DNA from: a virus
Taxonomy: Duplodnaviria; Heunggongvirae; Uroviricota; Caudoviricetes
Reading direction: 5' to 3' (one strand)
IMG/VR virus record: IMGVR_UViG_2740892273_000003
Length of the DNA stretch: 44,348 nucleotides
Part shown: piece by piece, positions 1-10,756 of the stretch
Layout of the letters: each line of letters starts with the position of its first letter
How positions within the stretch are numbered: the stretch's first letter is position 1
Translations under genes and position numbers: made by a program
The notes under the pieces: generated by a model
The model's database searches: none
Told to the model about the DNA's origin: nothing
Seen by the model: only the letters and a program-made list of their open reading frames with translations

Positions 1-90
1 GAACAGGAGGGACAGCTGATAGAAACAGAAGCCACTGGAGCACCTCAAAAACACCATCATACACTAAATCAGTAAGTTGGCAGCATCACC
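1..90 (-). mobile_element. insA: IS1 terminal segment (terminal inverted repeat plus first ~12 codons of insA); element continues beyond the window start
   Basis: Reverse complement of 1-90 reads GGTGATGCTGCCAACTTACTGAT... followed by GTG GCT TCT GTT TCT ATC AGC TGT CCC TCC TGT TC (VASVSISCPSC), matching the IS1 end and InsA N-terminus from memory; similarity stops abruptly at 90/91. Confidence 0.75.
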
Positions 91-723
91 AGCCTTCTTG
101 AGGCTACCACCTGTTTTCAGGTGTCATTCAGACGTGATTTGCCCCAGATTGGGAAAGCACGCTTTTTTCTCAGCTATCGTCCTCTTATTTTGCCGTTACA
201 TTTCTTTTTGCATTCTAATGATTAATTTACAATAATAATATCGGTAATTATTGAGTAATAATAAATTAATTATTGCAAATGTAATTTAATTCCATCTTCG
301 CGTTATATTCCAATCTTTAATCTCCGCATGGAACAAGTTGCATGCGTGACTATATTAAGACGACTTATAACCACCAAAACATTTGCTTTGCAAGCAAAAA
401 CAGTGACCATTGACTCTAAGAAAATTCCGATCTATTGTTAGGGTCATCAAAGTTACTTAACAGTATTCCGAAATGAAAATACAAAGCAAGCTAATTGTCT
501 TATTAAACATTATTATTGCATTTATATTATTTGAGCTTTTAGCTCAAAAATTTGGTTTGAGTACATTATTTTAAAGCAAGATAAACAATATCGGGCACTC
601 TAGTTTTTATAATTAACAATTAAACGTCCATAAAATGTTATTTACTTTTCTTCGCTATTGTCATATCTTAATATAGTGGCTTACGCCACTCTACTTTCAT
701 CACATTTTGTACGTTTATGTACT

Positions 724-755
724 CGCCATGAAGCTCTTTCATGGCGATTTTTTAT
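724..755 (+). terminator. Intrinsic terminator on plus strand (CGCCATGAA-gctct-TTCATGGCG then T-run)
   Basis: 9-bp perfect stem, 5-nt loop, followed by ATTTTTTATT; points toward the tfa 3' end, implying a plus-strand transcription unit in the AT-rich 91-720 region. Confidence 0.5.
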
Positions 756-839
756 TCTTAATCCAAGAACATACTCCCTACCTATAGCAAAATCACTTTT
801 TTAACAAAAGAATAACGTATTTAGGTAATCATTACGAAT

Positions 840-1421
840 TTACCCTATAGGTGCTACTGGCCATTCAATATCCGGTGCAGTTGATGTATCAACACGGTTC
901 AGCAACACCCGATACTTTTTCCAAGCTTCCAGCAACAAGGTTTCTTTCTCCGTTGCGATCTCCAGATCCACAGCATCCTGAAGCGGCGCTATATGCTCAC
1001 TGGCTACCTGCATCAGGCTGTTTTTTGTTTCTTCCGCCTCCCGGATCCGGAACAGTTTTTCTGCTTCCGTATCCTTCACCCAGGCTGTGCCGTTCCACTT
1101 CTGAAACTCCCCTTCCGGCGACAACCAAGTAACATTTTCCGGTAACGGACCGAGTTCAGAAATAAATAACGCGTCGCCGGAAGCCACGTCATAAACCGTT
1201 TTACCCCGATGATCTTCAACGAGATGCCACGATGACTCATCACTGTTGAAAACAGCCACGAAACCAGCCGGAATATCTGGCGGTGCAATATCGGTACTGT
1301 TTGCAGGCAGACCTGTATGAGGCGGAATATATGCATCACCTTCACCAATAAATTCATTAGTTCCGGCCAGCAGGTTATAAATTTTTATGGTCCGTGCTTG
1401 TTCACTCATTCTGAATGCCAT
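840..1421 (-). CDS. tfa: Tail fiber assembly protein (lambda Tfa-like, 193 aa)
   Basis: ORF length and position immediately downstream of the side tail fiber gene; start overlaps stf stop. Confidence 0.8.
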   Translation of the reverse strand: MAFRMSEQARTIKIYNLLAGTNEFIGEGDAYIPPHTGLPANSTDIAPPDIPAGFVAVFNSDESSWHLVEDHRGKTVYDVASGDALFISELGPLPENVTWLSPEGEFQKWNGTAWVKDTEAEKLFRIREAEETKNSLMQVASEHIAPLQDAVDLEIATEKETLLLEAWKKYRVLLNRVDTSTAPDIEWPVAPIG

Positions 1422-4400
1422 TATGCGAGCCTCACAATATAGTTAAATGCGATGTTTTTGACGGTGTTTTCCGCGTTACCAGCAGCGTTAACGGTGATGG
1501 TGTGTCCATGTGAACCAATCGCAACAGAGTGCGTATGAGCACCAATACCGACAGTATGCGCGTGTGCACCCGCAGATGCTGCTGTGCCGGACAGTGAGTG
1601 TGTATGGTTTCCTTCTGAAGATGATTTACCTACCCATTGGGAGGTGCCACTGGTTAATGAGCCACTGATACCAACCTGATTAGTCCCGCTAACTTGAGTA
1701 CTCCCTGCCGGAAACATTCCAGTAGGTTGACTCCCGCTATTCGTTCTGGGCCCAGTCTGACTATGTTGGTGGGCCCCAGCTGAACTTGTAGAGCCGCTCA
1801 GACTGTGCGTATGCGCCCCGGTGTTATTCGTGGATTTAGTGCCGTAATCAAACGACGATGTGGTTTTCGTCCCCAAATCCGTACTGGATGCGCTGGCGCT
1901 GTGGGTGTGCGATTTAATGCCATCCTGTTCCTGAGACAATACGGCACGACCACTGGCGGGCTTGCCCTTAATCGTCCAGCCACGCATATCAGGGATCACG
2001 CCTGACGGATAAGCGGCTGCAAGTTTCGGGTAAGCAGATTTGTCAAAAGTCTGCCCCTGCATCAGGGCATAACCAGACGGAACGGTATCTGATGGCCACG
2101 GGATTGGTGCACCGACTGGATAAAACTCTGCAGGAGGATGAGCCGAGGTGTAAAGCTGCGCCCACGGCGACCAGTTTGCGTCGGTCGTATCCCGTCGTGA
2201 ACGAATAAATGCCGGAGCATGAGCACCGCTTGTACCACTCCAGCCGATGAGTAACTCACCTTCGCCAACGGCTGTCATCCCTTTCAGGTGAATGATATTT
2301 CCATACGCTGTTGGATATCCGTTGTTATACACCTCGTATAACTCAAGACCTGCTGCCCCCTGCGTATTGTCTGTCAGCGCGGCTACCCGACCTTTTGAAG
2401 CCAGATTAACTGATGATACTGCTGTTCCACCTGACGGTAGCGCCCCGATCTCTGATGCCGTTGGCTTATTTCTGGAGTTATAGTCCCTTCGCCAGCCAGG
2501 TGAATAATCTGTTCCGTGATTAATATAGGTAAACTGGGCGTTGGTTGTTCCGCCACCGCTGGATGTGGTCGGAGTGGTAATGCGGATCGTCATCGCTGAC
2601 TTTATCCCCATTACTTCAATGACAGCTCCGGCGAGATGAATATTACCGCAGCCAGTATCAGTAATGATTTTATTATTGCCATAAGACCAGGAACCCTTGC
2701 ACATCCAGTATGGATGGTTAAATGCTCCCTGAGAATCCAGCCACTCGATAAACTGTGCAGTCGTCCAGTTTCCTGTTGTTGTGCTTACTGACCCACCGAA
2801 GGCACGGCAGGCACCAATATTTTTCGTAAAGGTGTCTTTGCCAGGGATATCCGCACCGTTCTGATCTTTCTGCAGACGTTTCTCAGCATTGTCATTGGCT
2901 GCTTTTACTGCCTTTGGCGTTGCCGCCAGCGTTTCAGACGTGCTGTTGGTCGCGCTGCTTAGCTGGATTATCCCTTTCTGTGCTGTCGTTGCATCCTGTG
3001 CGGTGTATTTCCCGTTAGCCAGGTCATACGCGGCCTTAACGGCTTTTGGTGTTGCCGCCAGTGACTCGGAAGTGCTGTTAGTCGCACTACTGAGCTGTAC
3101 TATCCCCTTTTTCGTCGTGCTCGCATCCTCAAGCGCCACGGCGGATGCAATATCCTCTGCCCGTTTTGCCGCTGTCTCAGCGCGCGTTGCTGCAGATTCC
3201 GCCGTACTTTTGCTCTGAGCTGCTGCCGTCGCACTACCAGCAGCCTCTGTCGCCTTCGTGGATGCCGTCGTGGCGCTGCCCTTCGCTGCTGACGCCTGTC
3301 TGGTCGCCTCATCTTTTGAAGCAGACGCCGATGATGCCGATGACGCCGCCGAACTGGCGGACGATGCGGCAGCCGTTTTTGAGGATTCTGCACGGGTTTC
3401 CGACGCTTTCGCGTTCGTTTCGGATGTCTTCGCTGCGGAAGCTGACCTCGCTGCTGCCGTGGCCTGCTCAGTGGCTTCGCCAGCCTTCGTTGTGGCTGTT
3501 GAAGCGGATGATGCGGCGCTTTCTGCCGATTTTCCGGCGGCGGTGGCACTGGCTGAGGCCTGCCCGGCACTTGTTGACGCGGCGCTGGCAGACGACGCAG
3601 CCGCTGTTTTTGAGCCTGCCGCAGCTGAGGCACTCTGTCCCGCTGCCGTTTCAGAAGACCTGGCGTTCGTCTCGGACGTTTTGGCCGCCTTCGCAGAATT
3701 TGCAGCCGCCGTCGCCGAGGAAGCTGCGCTACTGGCGCTTGATGATGCGTTCGTTTCTGATGATTTTGCCGCCTCTTTTGAAGCCGACGCATCCCGGGCT
3801 GAGGTGGCAGCTTCTGACGCTTTCGTGGTCGCGGTGGATGCAGAAGTGGCTGCTGATTGTTGTGACGCTGCCGCATTCGTTTCTAACGTTTTCGCCGCAC
3901 CGGCACTGGTAGCCGCCGCGCTTTTTGAGGACTCTGCAGCGGCAGCACTTTTTGAGGCTTCAGTGGCCTTTGTTGATGCCGTTCCTGCGCTGGAAGACGC
4001 TGACTGAGCCGACGAAGCGGCCTGTCCGGCTGACGTGCTGGCTGCACGTGCTGAATCTGCAGCATCAGTCGCATGGGTTGCCGCCTCACGGGCTGATGTG
4101 CTGGCATCGCTGGCTGATTTCTTCGCGGCTGCCGTGTTCTGTGCCACCGCGGACGCGTTACGCGCCACCTCTTCCACCATCAGCTCAAAACGGCGCAGTG
4201 CCTCCGGACGGGCATCATCCTCCGTCATGGCACCGAGAAAATCATTCAGCGTACCGGGTCGGGAATCTTCATACACGGTGATGGTCCCGGCATGTGACGG
4301 CGGGAATCCTTCCACCAACAGAATAACGCTGTACTGACCGTACTCAACGTCCATGCTGTAACGCCCGGCTTCATCCGGATTTTCTGAGGCCAGCGTGTTC

Positions 4401-4510
4401 ACCACCACCGTGGTGCTGTTACGTTTTGCTTTCAGCTGGATTGTGCAGTTCTGTACCGGTTTTCCTGTGCCGTCTTTCAGTACACCTGAAATCTTTACTG
4501 CCATATTCAC
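1421..4510 (-). CDS. stf: Side tail fiber protein (1029 aa) with long Ala/Ser/Thr-rich low-complexity segment and C-terminal His-x-His repeats
   Basis: Duplicated KGI(V/I)[11 protein letters not shown](S/T)[11 protein letters not shown] fiber repeats; C-terminal GNHTHSLSG...AHAHT...AHTHS...GHTIT motif typical of phage tail fibers; sits between lom and tfa as in lambda. Confidence 0.8.
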   Translation of the reverse strand: MNMAVKISGVLKDGTGKPVQNCTIQLKAKRNSTTVVVNTLASENPDEAGRYSMDVEYGQYSVILLVEGFPPSHAGTITVYEDSRPGTLNDFLGAMTEDDARPEALRRFELMVEEVARNASAVAQNTAAAKKSASDASTSAREAATHATDAADSARAASTSAGQAASSAQSASSSAGTASTKATEASKSAAAAESSKSAAATSAGAAKTLETNAAASQQSAATSASTATTKASEAATSARDASASKEAAKSSETNASSSASSAASSATAAANSAKAAKTSETNARSSETAAGQSASAAAGSKTAAASSASAASTSAGQASASATAAGKSAESAASSASTATTKAGEATEQATAAARSASAAKTSETNAKASETRAESSKTAAASSASSAASSASSASASKDEATRQASAAKGSATTASTKATEAAGSATAAAQSKSTAESAATRAETAAKRAEDIASAVALEDASTTKKGIVQLSSATNSTSESLAATPKAVKAAYDLANGKYTAQDATTAQKGIIQLSSATNSTSETLAATPKAVKAANDNAEKRLQKDQNGADIPGKDTFTKNIGACRAFGGSVSTTTGNWTTAQFIEWLDSQGAFNHPYWMCKGSWSYGNNKIITDTGCGNIHLAGAVIEVMGIKSAMTIRITTPTTSSGGGTTNAQFTYINHGTDYSPGWRRDYNSRNKPTASEIGALPSGGTAVSSVNLASKGRVAALTDNTQGAAGLELYEVYNNGYPTAYGNIIHLKGMTAVGEGELLIGWSGTSGAHAPAFIRSRRDTTDANWSPWAQLYTSAHPPAEFYPVGAPIPWPSDTVPSGYALMQGQTFDKSAYPKLAAAYPSGVIPDMRGWTIKGKPASGRAVLSQEQDGIKSHTHSASASSTDLGTKTTSSFDYGTKSTNNTGAHTHSLSGSTSSAGAHQHSQTGPRTNSGSQPTGMFPAGSTQVSGTNQVGISGSLTSGTSQWVGKSSSEGNHTHSLSGTAASAGAHAHTVGIGAHTHSVAIGSHGHTITVNAAGNAENTVKNIAFNYIVRLA

Positions 4511-4513
4511 CCC

Positions 4514-4542
4514 ACAAAAAAGCCCGCCTGAACCGGCGGGCT
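4514..4542 (-). terminator. Intrinsic terminator downstream of lom
   Basis: Minus strand reads AGCCCGCC-ggttca-GGCGGGCT followed by TTTTTTG. Confidence 0.5.
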
Positions 4543-4568
4543 GTCATAACACTGTGTTACCTGGCTAA

Positions 4569-5085
4569 TCAGAATTTATAACCGACACCCACGATGAAAC
4601 CGTCAGTGCGCCAGAGACGTGTTGCTGTGGCGACCGTCATCACTTCCGGTCAGCACATCGTGCGTTTTCCCCTTATTGTCAGTTACGCGGATATAATCCC
4701 CGGAAAAAGTCGACACACGGCTGTAAGCCACACCCGCCATCGCATACGCGCTGAACCATTCATTCACGCGCACAGACGGCCCCGCCATTACGCTGAACCA
4801 GCGGTTACGAACGGAATCTTCATGCCAGCGGGTATCGCTGTAACGGGTCAGCTGGCGATTCTTGTCTCCTGCATAGCTGAATGACGTCACCAGCCCCAGC
4901 GTATCCGTAAACTCATAACGGTATTTCACGTTAATCCCGTTCAGATCATCACTGCCGGGAACGTTGGTCCGGGCATGAAGATACCCCGCGCTCAGCGTGG
5001 ACTGATGTTCAGACGCCCATGCAGGCGCACCGGATACGGCCAGGCAAATGGCTGCGGACAAAATGGCTGCACAAACTTTACGCAT
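4569..5085 (-). pseudogene. lom: lom-like outer membrane protein gene, 3' region disrupted by a frameshifting deletion
   Basis: ORF 4603-5085 matches the lambda Lom N-terminal ~158 aa and stops after ...NTSLAH; the expected C-terminal strand DGFIVGVGYKF-stop is present in a different frame at ~4569-4604, so ~83 nt appear to be missing relative to lambda lom. Confidence 0.55.
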
Positions 5086-5108
5086 AATTACCTCTCGCTT
5101 TTCTGCAA

Positions 5109-5133
5109 TAAAAAAGGCGTCATTCCTGACGCC
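5109..5133 (-). terminator. Intrinsic terminator downstream of J
   Basis: Minus strand reads GGCGTCA-ggaa-TGACGCC followed by TTTTTTATT. Confidence 0.5.
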
Positions 5134-5155
5134 ATTTATTGGGGTTATAAATATT

Positions 5156-8100
5156 TCAACGAATACTGATGCCGGAAGCCGCTTTTTTGGTCACAATCAC
5201 CGTACAGTCGGTGATATTGCCTGCCCCCTGATTGCCTTTCTGGAAAATCTTAAACTCCAGAGTGACGCTACCACCACCACTAGGCATATCAATAACTGCA
5301 CTGTAACTACCGGGAATGGCACCTTTAGTTTCTCTGGATGCGATTAATACGCCGTTTTTGCGAACTTCAAAACCATAACCCGTGTATCGCGTGCCTCCTG
5401 GGTTATTTCCGCTCCCCGGATCGTCATACGCTATACCGTTAAAAATAATGGGCGGAATAATAATCTGGCGGTCAAAGTTATGATCATCGCTTATGGTGAC
5501 TGTAACCGTCCCGTTTGGTGTTTCCGTGTTACCCCACGTACCAGCCTGTTTCGGAAATGATTTGGATACAGCTTTAACGAAGTCACCTCTGACCTGAGTC
5601 GCCTCCAGCATGCCCTTAATCGTACAGTTTTCATTTACCGTGACATTGTTGAGCGTCCCGGCGTTCGCATTCACACTGCCACTGATATCCGCATTTTTAG
5701 CGGTCAGCTTTCCGTCCGGAGTCAGGGAAAATGCCGATGGATTTCCACCGCTGGTAATGGTGGGGGCCGTCAGGCGTTTCAGGAACACGTCGTTCATGAA
5801 TATCTGATCGCCCTGACCAACAAACATCGGTTTTGTGTTGCCATTCGCAGGATTAACCATCGCAATCCTGTCCGCCGCCAGCAGCACCTGACTCTGCATG
5901 CCGTCAGGGGTGTTCTCAATACCGGCACCAATACCCGCGATATAAAGGCGTCCGTCCTGCATCTGCTGCAGCTTCACAGCCCACATGCTGTTCAGGTTAT
6001 TATTTGTATCAACCTGAACCTTCTGTATCTGCTGAATTGCCGCACTCTGGTCTTCCAGTTTCTTATTGACGGTCTGCGTGATTTCATTGCTGACATCCGT
6101 AATGGACGTCCTGATTTCAGCCAGGTCAGGCGCAAGCTGACCGTTATCAATCTGCGTCCACAGCTCCTGAGCCAGATGGGTTTTCCCTATCTCGCCTTTG
6201 AAAAAATCCAGATAACCGGATGCATCATCACTCGGCTGACCAACAGCCTCCACGAATGCCGATTTGCCAACGGTGTTCACACTGCGGATATAAAAGTAAT
6301 AATCATGGCCCGGTTTGATATTGATACTGGCGGCTATCCAGTACAGCGCCGTGCCAAGATAGCGTGCTGTGGTTTCAACCTGCCTGATATCCGCAATCCG
6401 CTTTTCCGAGAACCAGAACTCAAACTGTACCGTCGGATCATAAACCGCAAGATGCGGCGTGGCGGTTATCTGAAAATAGCCCGGCGTCAGCTCAATCCGC
6501 GACAGCGCTGCCGGTGCGGCAATCCGGAACGATACCGACGCCGGATCGCCCTGCTGCCCCCACGCATTTACTGCCCGGACTGTCAGCCTGTAGTTCCCCA
6601 GCGCCAGTTGTGTGAAGCGGTAAGTGGTTTCCGTCGTCCGGGCCGTGCTGACCAGCCGCTCACTGCCGTCATCCGCTGTTACGGTCAGACGGAGCAGGAA
6701 GCTCACGCCCTTCACCACCTTCGGCGTGTCCCAGCGCGCCAGCACCTGATATTCCCCGCTGTCTGCGGTGACTTCGGCAGTCAGGTGCTGCACCGCTGGC
6801 GGCGTGACACCATTCACCGTGCCGCTCTGGTCGCCGTCAAAGTGCGCCCCGTTATCCACGATGGCTTCTTTTTCCGGCACATGCTGCACGGCGGTGATGG
6901 CATACGTGCCGTCGTCGTTCTCACGGATACTCACGCAGCGGAACAATCGCTGGTGCAGCGTCGGCAGCTTCAGCCCCCACACGCTGTATTCAGCAACACC
7001 GTCAGGAACACGGCTCACTTTTACCTTCACGCCGTCGGTGACGGACTGGACCTCCACGCTGACCGGATTCCCCTGCCCGTCAACCAGGCTTATCAGCGTG
7101 GTGCCGGAGGATGGCAGCGTGATTTCACGGTCGAGCGTCAGCGTCCGGGTCTGGCTGTTCACCGCCAGCACGCGCCCGCCGGTGCGGATACCGGCATAGT
7201 CATCATCGCAGATTTCAATGACATCGCCCGGTACATGACGAAGCCCTTCAGCACCCACGCTGAAATCCACGGTCTGCGTCTCCAGCAGTTCCGTTTTAAT
7301 CAGCCACAGCCCGGCGCGGTGTGCCTGCCCCCGGCTGGTACAGCCAAAGGCATCCATCTTCGTGACGTTACGACCGTAACGGACAATGGCCTGCGTATCC
7401 TCCACAAGCTCTGTCGCCGTCTCCCAGCCGTTATCCGGGTCAATCCAGTTCACCTCAACGGCATTATGGCGGTCTTTCAGGGCGCTGAAACTGTAGCGGA
7501 ACGGCGCGCCATCATCCGGCATCACCACATTACTGCGGTTATAGGCCCACACCTTATCCGACTGTCGGTCCTGCACGAACGTCAGCGTCTGCCCGTTCCA
7601 TACCGGCATACAGCGCATCGCCGAGCAGAAATCACTGAGCACATCCCACGCCTTGCGCTGTGTGGTCAGCCAGGCATTACAGGTGATGCGCGGCTCCGTG
7701 CTGCCAAAGCCGTCCGGCACCGACTGGTCACAGTACTGGCCGATGACATACAGCGCCCATTTATCCACATCTGCCGCACCAAGACGTTTCCCCATGCCAT
7801 AGCGCGGATGGGTCAGCATATCCCACAGACACCAGGCCATGTTGTTGCTGTATGCCGGTTTTAACGTTCCGTCCCAGATACCGCTGTATTGCCGCGTCTG
7901 CGGATTATAGTTCGACGGCACCTGCAGAATGCGCCCGCGAAGATGATAATTACGGCTCACCTGCTGGCTGCCGAACTGCTCCGAATCCACCTGTACGCCG
8001 ACCAGTGCCGTGTTCGGGTAGCACTGTTTCACATCGATGATTTCGGTGTATGACGACCAGAGCGTTTTGTTCTGCAGCTGGTCTGTGGTGCTGTCTGGCG

Positions 8101-8350
8101 TCATCCTGCGCATCCGGATATTAAACGGGCGCGGCGGCAGGTTATCCACCACCACCGAGGCCAGATACTGCGAGGTGGTTTTGCCCTTAATGGTGATGTC
8201 TTTTTCCGTCACCCAGCCACCGTTACGCTGTATCTGAACCAGCAGGCGAACTTCAGACGGATTCCTGTCTCCCTTTGAGGTGGTTTCCACCAGTGCCTGC
8301 ACACCGAAGGTAAAGCGCAGACGGTCAATGTTTGCCGACACTTTACCCAT
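5156..8350 (-). CDS. J: Tail tip / host specificity protein J (1064 aa; about 68 aa shorter than lambda J because of an N-terminal in-frame deletion)
   Basis: Near-identity to lambda J from [35 protein letters not shown] onward; begins MGKV then joins directly to SANIDRL; an in-frame TGA lies two codons upstream of the ATG. Confidence 0.85.
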   Translation of the reverse strand: MGKVSANIDRLRFTFGVQALVETTSKGDRNPSEVRLLVQIQRNGGWVTEKDITIKGKTTSQYLASVVVDNLPPRPFNIRMRRMTPDSTTDQLQNKTLWSSYTEIIDVKQCYPNTALVGVQVDSEQFGSQQVSRNYHLRGRILQVPSNYNPQTRQYSGIWDGTLKPAYSNNMAWCLWDMLTHPRYGMGKRLGAADVDKWALYVIGQYCDQSVPDGFGSTEPRITCNAWLTTQRKAWDVLSDFCSAMRCMPVWNGQTLTFVQDRQSDKVWAYNRSNVVMPDDGAPFRYSFSALKDRHNAVEVNWIDPDNGWETATELVEDTQAIVRYGRNVTKMDAFGCTSRGQAHRAGLWLIKTELLETQTVDFSVGAEGLRHVPGDVIEICDDDYAGIRTGGRVLAVNSQTRTLTLDREITLPSSGTTLISLVDGQGNPVSVEVQSVTDGVKVKVSRVPDGVAEYSVWGLKLPTLHQRLFRCVSIRENDDGTYAITAVQHVPEKEAIVDNGAHFDGDQSGTVNGVTPPAVQHLTAEVTADSGEYQVLARWDTPKVVKGVSFLLRLTVTADDGSERLVSTARTTETTYRFTQLALGNYRLTVRAVNAWGQQGDPASVSFRIAAPAALSRIELTPGYFQITATPHLAVYDPTVQFEFWFSEKRIADIRQVETTARYLGTALYWIAASINIKPGHDYYFYIRSVNTVGKSAFVEAVGQPSDDASGYLDFFKGEIGKTHLAQELWTQIDNGQLAPDLAEIRTSITDVSNEITQTVNKKLEDQSAAIQQIQKVQVDTNNNLNSMWAVKLQQMQDGRLYIAGIGAGIENTPDGMQSQVLLAADRIAMVNPANGNTKPMFVGQGDQIFMNDVFLKRLTAPTITSGGNPSAFSLTPDGKLTAKNADISGSVNANAGTLNNVTVNENCTIKGMLEATQVRGDFVKAVSKSFPKQAGTWGNTETPNGTVTVTISDDHNFDRQIIIPPIIFNGIAYDDPGSGNNPGGTRYTGYGFEVRKNGVLIASRETKGAIPGSYSAVIDMPSGGGSVTLEFKIFQKGNQGAGNITDCTVIVTKKAASGISIR

Positions 8351-8370
8351 TCCTCACGCTCCATAAACGA

Positions 8371-8390
8371 CAAAACCGCCCGCAGGCGGT
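8371..8390 (-). terminator. Weak hairpin in the I-J intergenic spacer
   Basis: ACCGCC-tgcg-GGCGGT followed by TTTTG on the minus strand. Confidence 0.3.
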
Positions 8391-8410
8391 TTCACATAAA
8401 ACATTTTGCA

Positions 8411-9082
8411 TCAGCGACCAATCACCACAACCTGACCACCGTCCCCTTCGTCTGCCGTGCTGATCTCCTGAGATACCACACGTGACCCCACGCGCATTTC
8501 ACCATACAGAACAGGCATAACATTGCCCTGGGCAACCATGTTATCCAGTGAGGAGAAATAGGTGTTCTGCTTACCGTTATCCGTTGTCTGTGTGCGGGGA
8601 GTTCTGGCTTTCGGTGCCAGCATCTGAGCCACACCGCCGAGCACCATACTGGCACCGAGAGAAAACAGAATGCCGGTCATACCACCGGCACCAATGGCAG
8701 CCCCCCATGCTGCAAGGGTGGCTCCGGCGGTAAAGAATGATCCGGCAATGGCGGCTGCTCCCAGGACAATCTGGAATACACCACCTGACTTGGCCCCGGC
8801 GACTCTGGGAACAATATGAATCACAGCGCCGTCAGGCAGAGCCTCATGTAACTGTGCCGTTAATCCGGACGTGCTAACATCCTGCCCGGCAATACGCACC
8901 TGATACCAGCCGTCGCTCAGCTTCTGACGAAACGCAGGGAGCTGTGTGGCCATCGCCCGGATGGCTTCGGCACCCGTTTTCACACGAAGGTCGATGCGGC
9001 GGCCAAATCGTTGCAAATCCCCGTAAAGGCAGATGCGTGCCATGCCCGGTGACGCCAGAGGGAGTGTGTGCGTCGCTGCCAT
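8411..9082 (-). CDS. I: Tail assembly protein I (223 aa)
   Basis: Length identical to lambda I; position between K and J; Gly/Ala-rich C-terminal region. Confidence 0.8.
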   Translation of the reverse strand: MAATHTLPLASPGMARICLYGDLQRFGRRIDLRVKTGAEAIRAMATQLPAFRQKLSDGWYQVRIAGQDVSTSGLTAQLHEALPDGAVIHIVPRVAGAKSGGVFQIVLGAAAIAGSFFTAGATLAAWGAAIGAGGMTGILFSLGASMVLGGVAQMLAPKARTPRTQTTDNGKQNTYFSSLDNMVAQGNVMPVLYGEMRVGSRVVSQEISTADEGDGGQVVVIGR

Positions 9083-9723
9083 TTGTCGGTATACCTCTCT
9101 CGTTTGCTCAGTTGTTCAGGAATATGGTGCAGCAGCTCGCCGTCACCACAGTAAATGGCGGCATGATTCGGCACCGATGAACCAAAACAGCACAGCAGCA
9201 CATCGCCCGGCTGCGCCGCTGACAACGGCACCTGATACAGCCCTGTGGCCTCCAGATTATCCAGATAGAGATTCTGACCGTGACGCCACCAGTCATCCTC
9301 ACGATGAAAATCCGGCATCTCAATCCCCGCCAGATGGTAAGCATCCCGGAACAGCGTGTAACAGTCCGTCACCCCGTGCTCAAAGCGCCGCCCGGTAAGA
9401 TGTGGCACACAGCGGAACTTGTGAATCGCCCCCCGGCAGACCAGCCACCACGGCAAATCACTCTGCACCTGCAGCCGCCGGTCGGCCTCACTCAGCCAGG
9501 GCAGACCACCGGGGTGGCTGTGGACCAGTGCCACAATCTCACCCTGCATCTCTGCCTGCAGCCAGTCTTCCGGCGACATACGGAAATACGCCTCCGGCTC
9601 ACCGGAGATATTCACGCAGGGGAAATATCTTTCCCCCTCCGGCGTTCTTACCACGAAGCCGCACGACTCCGCTGGAGCACATCGCCGGGCGTGCGCCAGA
9701 ATCGCTGATTCTGTCTCTGTCAT
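8980..9723 (-). CDS. K: Tail tip assembly protein K (MPN/JAB plus NlpC/P60-like regions)
   Basis: HSHPGG motif and Cys/His-containing C-terminal half; position between L and I; overlaps I start. Confidence 0.75.
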   Translation of the reverse strand: MTETESAILAHARRCAPAESCGFVVRTPEGERYFPCVNISGEPEAYFRMSPEDWLQAEMQGEIVALVHSHPGGLPWLSEADRRLQVQSDLPWWLVCRGAIHKFRCVPHLTGRRFEHGVTDCYTLFRDAYHLAGIEMPDFHREDDWWRHGQNLYLDNLEATGLYQVPLSAAQPGDVLLCCFGSSVPNHAAIYCGDGELLHHIPEQLSKRERYTDKWQRRTHSLWRHRAWHASAFTGICNDLAAASTFV

Positions 9724-9728
9724 GGGAT

Positions 9729-10427
9729 TTACTGCGAAAGTTTGTTAATGGAAAGGAAGCCGCCAAAGTTGCCGACGTTATTGCGAAACTTACAGCCACT
9801 CAGGCATTTGCTGCATTTATCCTTCGTGATGTCGGACGTTGGCTGGTCATATTCATCCGCGACCGCCGGACCGTGATAACCGCACTCATCGCCGCGATAG
9901 GTCCAGGTGCAGGTGTTGGCCAGCATGATACGTCCCGGAAAAACAGCGCCATCTGTTTCCGTCGGCGTGGACAGTACAAAAGAGGCACTCACCGCGCTCA
10001 GTTCGCTGCACTGCTCAATGCGCCAGCGGCTGATCACCTCCTGCTCCGGATCGGCGTCACTGTTTCCGTTGACGAAGTTCACCGCATCCAGAAAACGGGC
10101 GTAAACCTTACGCCGGACCACCGTTCCGCCGACCAGACTCTGTAGATCTTCCGCCATCCCGGTGACCATACCGTACAGGTTAGAAACCATCAGCGTGGGG
10201 CGCGTACTGGTGCCTTTGCCATTCAGTTCAAAACCACTCCCCTGAATGGGATACGGCTGATACTGTCGCCCCTGCCAGGTGACCGGCTCACCTTTTTCGT
10301 TCTGCTCATTACAGAAAAAATAACGTTCTCCACCGACCTCTGTCAGATCGATTTCCCAGAGCACCACGCTGGCCGACTGCTCCGCACGGGTGCATTCATT
10401 CAGTGTTTCCTGCCGGATATCCTGCAT
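9729..10427 (-). CDS. L: Tail tip protein L (232 aa)
   Basis: Length identical to lambda L; Cys-rich C-terminus; gene order M-L-K-I-J. Confidence 0.8.
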   Translation of the reverse strand: MQDIRQETLNECTRAEQSASVVLWEIDLTEVGGERYFFCNEQNEKGEPVTWQGRQYQPYPIQGSGFELNGKGTSTRPTLMVSNLYGMVTGMAEDLQSLVGGTVVRRKVYARFLDAVNFVNGNSDADPEQEVISRWRIEQCSELSAVSASFVLSTPTETDGAVFPGRIMLANTCTWTYRGDECGYHGPAVADEYDQPTSDITKDKCSKCLSGCKFRNNVGNFGGFLSINKLSQ

Positions 10428-10756
10428 CAGTTCACCACCTGTTCAAACTCTGCGCTGAACTCAACACGCAGCATACTGACCCGCGACGACCATTTTGCGC
10501 AGGTCACCTTTATCTGCCGCCACTCATAAGGCGGCGTCCACAGAAAGGCTTTCCAGCCCCCGTGCTCTTCCAGAAACGACTCCAGTACCATGGCCTCCTC
10601 ACGGGGGACAGAAAGCGTCACGCTGTACGTTTTCAGGTTGGCATTCAGCCCGGCAGGCGCTCGCTGGGAATAGCCATCACCAAAGCGCACCTTTCTTACA
10701 GAAGGGGCCGAAGCCACATCCATACCGGGTTTCACTTTCCAGCGGAAGGTTTTCAT
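10427..10756 (-). CDS. M: Tail tip protein M (109 aa)
   Basis: Length identical to lambda M; follows the tape measure gene. Confidence 0.8.
   Translation of the reverse strand: MKTFRWKVKPGMDVASAPSVRKVRFGDGYSQRAPAGLNANLKTYSVTLSVPREEAMVLESFLEEHGGWKAFLWTPPYEWRQIKVTCAKWSSRVSMLRVEFSAEFEQVVN

Noticed and set aside
1-90. Possible cloning-vector contamination: the first 90 nt match a stretch I recognise from pACYC184-type vectors
   Set aside because: That vector stretch is itself the IS1 end carried on the Tn9 cat fragment; the segment contains the IS1 terminal inverted repeat and InsA N-terminus, so a native IS1 copy is the simpler explanation.
3100-4007. Three overlapping ORFs of ~250 aa on both strands (3100-3876 minus, 3145-3912 and 3258-4007 plus)
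   Set aside because: All fall inside the low-complexity Ala/Ser-rich tract of stf; alternative frames of a repetitive GC-rich sequence give long ORFs (poly-Ala/Asp or Arg/Pro-rich) by chance.
3160-4180. CRISPR-like or direct-repeat array
   Set aside because: Periodicity is at the protein level within one continuous reading frame; there are no constant-length repeat and spacer units, and no cas genes.
6176-7864. 562-aa plus-strand ORF
   Set aside because: Lies entirely antisense within the lambda-like J gene; GC-rich antisense frames commonly stay open; Arg/Pro/His-rich translation without coding character.
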